Source: an archaeon (GTDB lineage Archaea; Nanobdellota; Nanobdellia; Pacearchaeales; GW2011-AR1). Taken from it: DNA of 56,697 bases. Below, piece by piece: positions 56,071 to 56,697 of the stretch. Position numbers and translations under genes: made by a program. The notes below the pieces were generated by a model. That model did not search any database and had not been told where the DNA came from. It saw only the letters and a program-made list of their open reading frames with translations. The stretch spans positions 1 through 56,697 of the forward strand of contig JBDRGM010000024.1 in the NCBI GenBank assembly GCA_043817815.1, given 5' to 3'. Within the stretch, counting starts at the first letter, position 1. Every line of letters begins with the position of its first letter.

Positions 56071-56078
56071 TATATAAA
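56071..56078 (-). promoter_or_regulatory. TATA-like element TTTATATA upstream of the PNP-like gene
   Basis: On the minus strand, 22 nt separate the element from the ATG at 56048. It lies inside the IR bracket. Confidence 0.35.
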
Positions 56079-56153
56079 CATTATTGTTCTTGGGGCGACC
56101 ACAGGAATTGCACATAACAATTAGTTAAACAAAGTTTTTTCTGAAAGAAAAAA

Positions 56154-56269
56154 TTTGGGAAAATTCTGTAGCCCTAAAGGGCGTGAGCGGAGCGAAGGAA
56201 TTTTCTGTTTAACGGATGTTCGCCGACCGAACGAAGTGAGGCACGAGCTGACGCTACAGCGTCCTCGTG
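56154..56269 (+). repeat. G+C-rich hairpin module, copy B
   Basis: TTTGGG + stem GAAAATTC (56159-56166) / GAATTTTC (56198-56205) enclosing GTGAGCGGAGCGAA, then TGTTTAA. This is followed by hairpin CACGAG-CT-GACGC-taca-GCGTC-CTCGTG (56242-56269). Same order and strand as copy A. Confidence 0.7.
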
Positions 56270-56302
56270 AGAAAAAATCTGTTCACATCCGATTTTACGC
56301 GT

Positions 56303-56346
56303 AATTGTCGACATTTTATTTTTTAATTATTTTGTCGTCGACAATT
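56303..56346. repeat. Perfect 10-bp stem hairpin AATTGTCGAC ... GTCGACAATT with a 24-nt A/T-only loop
   Basis: Arms at 56303-56312 and 56337-56346. Pairing extends by CG after one mismatch. Confidence 0.6.
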
Positions 56347-56471
56347 TCGTTTAATCAGCGAGGTTATGCGACAATTTTAATTTCGCATTTGAGTGTTAAA
56401 CGAAGCTTAAAATCTTAAAGGATGTGAATTTACCGACGGAGAAGGCAGATTTTTATTTTGGCGAACACGAA

Positions 56472-56497
56472 GTTATCATAAATAAACTTATGATAAC
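56472..56497. repeat. Perfect 10-bp stem hairpin GTTATCATAA-ataaac-TTATGATAAC
   Basis: Arms at 56472-56481 and 56488-56497. It lies about 90 nt downstream of the stop of the partial minus-strand gene, beyond oligo-T tracts. Confidence 0.55.
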
Positions 56498-56585
56498 ATT
56501 CCAAAGGAGGGCATAAAAAGATGAATTATTAATAAAAGAAATAGGAAAAAACATTAAAAAAAATAAAAATAAAAATAAAATAATC

Positions 56586-56697
56586 TTAGTTTTTAATTAC
56601 TGCTAGGACTACGCTAAGCAATGTAGTTATAACAACTACCCAACCGACAATCATTGCCAGAGTTGCTCCGCCAAGCCAGGATGGTAGTGTTAGTGGT
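56586..56697 (-). CDS. Partial CDS: C-terminal hydrophobic anchor of a protein whose N-terminus lies beyond the right window edge
   Basis: Own minus-strand translation: ...PLTLPSWLGGATLAMIVGWVVVITTLLSVVLAVIKN stop (TAA = tta at 56586-56588), followed by long oligo-T/A tracts. Not in the ORF track. Confidence 0.35.
   Translation of the reverse strand, partial: PLTLPSWLGGATLAMIVGWVVVITTLLSVVLAVIKN

Larger units (their letters stand above)
55257..56113. other. Inverted-repeat-bracketed gene unit 3
   Basis: Perfect 16-bp IR: TTCCTGTGGTCGCCCC (55265-55280) and GGGGCGACCACAGGAA (56092-56107). It extends by GTGCA (55257-55261) / TGCAC (56109-56113) across a 3-nt/1-nt internal loop. It encloses the PNP-like ORF plus its TATA. 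The left IR abuts the stop codon (55281-55283). Confidence 0.75.

Noticed and set aside
52520-56269. C/D-box or H/ACA small RNAs.
   Set aside because: CTGA (a D-box-like string) is conserved inside GAGCTGA in the modules. No RUGAUGA C-box lies at the right distance, though. The only ATGATGA (52520-52526) is inside the GT2 coding region, with no matching CTGA downstream.
53352-56405. Integron attC sites or an integron cassette array.
   Set aside because: GTTTAAC (56207) and GTTAAAC (56394) fit the R''/R' consensus RYYYAAC/GTTRRRY individually. They are about 190 bp apart, however, and the adjoining sequences do not pair as L''/L' should. The other copies read GTTTAAT and GTTTAAG. The cassettes carry their own promoters, are in mixed orientation, and no intI-like gene is visible.
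52552-56520. Possibility that the repeated G+C-rich segments are a CRISPR array.
   Set aside because: The repeats are not identical or regularly spaced. The units between them are 0.6-1.3-kb expressed genes rather than 30-40-bp spacers. No cas genes are present.
52552-56520. Possibility that the G+C-rich islands are rRNA, tRNA, RNase P or SRP RNA genes, perhaps interrupted by ORF-containing introns.
   Set aside because: None of the universally conserved strings I can recall were found. These include the tRNA T-loop GGTTCRAATCC, 16S GTGCCAGCAGCCGCGGTAA, 23S GGGATAACAGGCTGAT or AGTACGAGAGGACCGG, and RNase P GAGGAAAGTCC. The segments are also homologous to each other, which argues for a repeat family rather than exons of one RNA. 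A covariance-model search would be needed to exclude this fully.
56521-56532. ATG preceded by an SD-like AGGAGGG (56505-56511).
   Set aside because: The reading frame is only three codons long (atg aat tat taa). The purine tract more likely belongs to the repeat/hairpin landscape or to the 3-prime region of the minus-strand gene.

Overview
AT-rich segment whose gene starts look archaeal: TATA-like octamers end 21-25 nt upstream of ATGs and there is almost no Shine-Dalgarno signal. A small-genome DPANN-type archaeon is the most plausible source, but that taxonomy is inference. No rRNA, tRNA, CRISPR array, transposase or integrase was recognised.

(1) Positions 1-49.8 kb form one very large, tightly packed glycan/phosphonate tailoring island that runs off the left edge.
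- A fosfomycin-type early phosphonate operon: a cytidylyltransferase-PEP mutase fusion, a phosphonopyruvate decarboxylase inside a three-domain fusion, an Fe-alcohol dehydrogenase and a kinase.
- 13 complete radical SAM domains plus 1 truncated one. Eight have B12-binding-type N-domains; six have SPASM/twitch-like Cys-rich C-termini.
- Three thiamine-diphosphate systems.
- Four nucleotidyltransferase domains, every one fused to another enzyme.
- SDR epimerase/dehydratases, SAM methyltransferases, glycosyltransferases of GT4, GT9 and GT-B-like type, and Nudix-like paralogues.
- A sulfatase-superfamily protein flanked by two RHH paralogues.

(2) Positions 49.8-52.5 kb carry a PRTase, a Cys-rich mini protein, QueC, an IF5A/EF-P N-domain-like mini protein and a GT2.

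(3) Positions 52.5-56.5 kb are qualitatively different.
- Three consecutive gene units each sit between a unit-specific perfect long-range inverted repeat of 13, 12 and 16 bp.
- The units encode a minimal nucleotidyltransferase; three small membrane or basic proteins; and a PNP/UDP-family nucleosidase-like protein.
- They are separated by G+C-rich, hairpin-dense spacer modules that are homologous to one another and show compensatory base changes in two stems.

All functional calls come from motif reading of the translated ORFs. No database search was possible.
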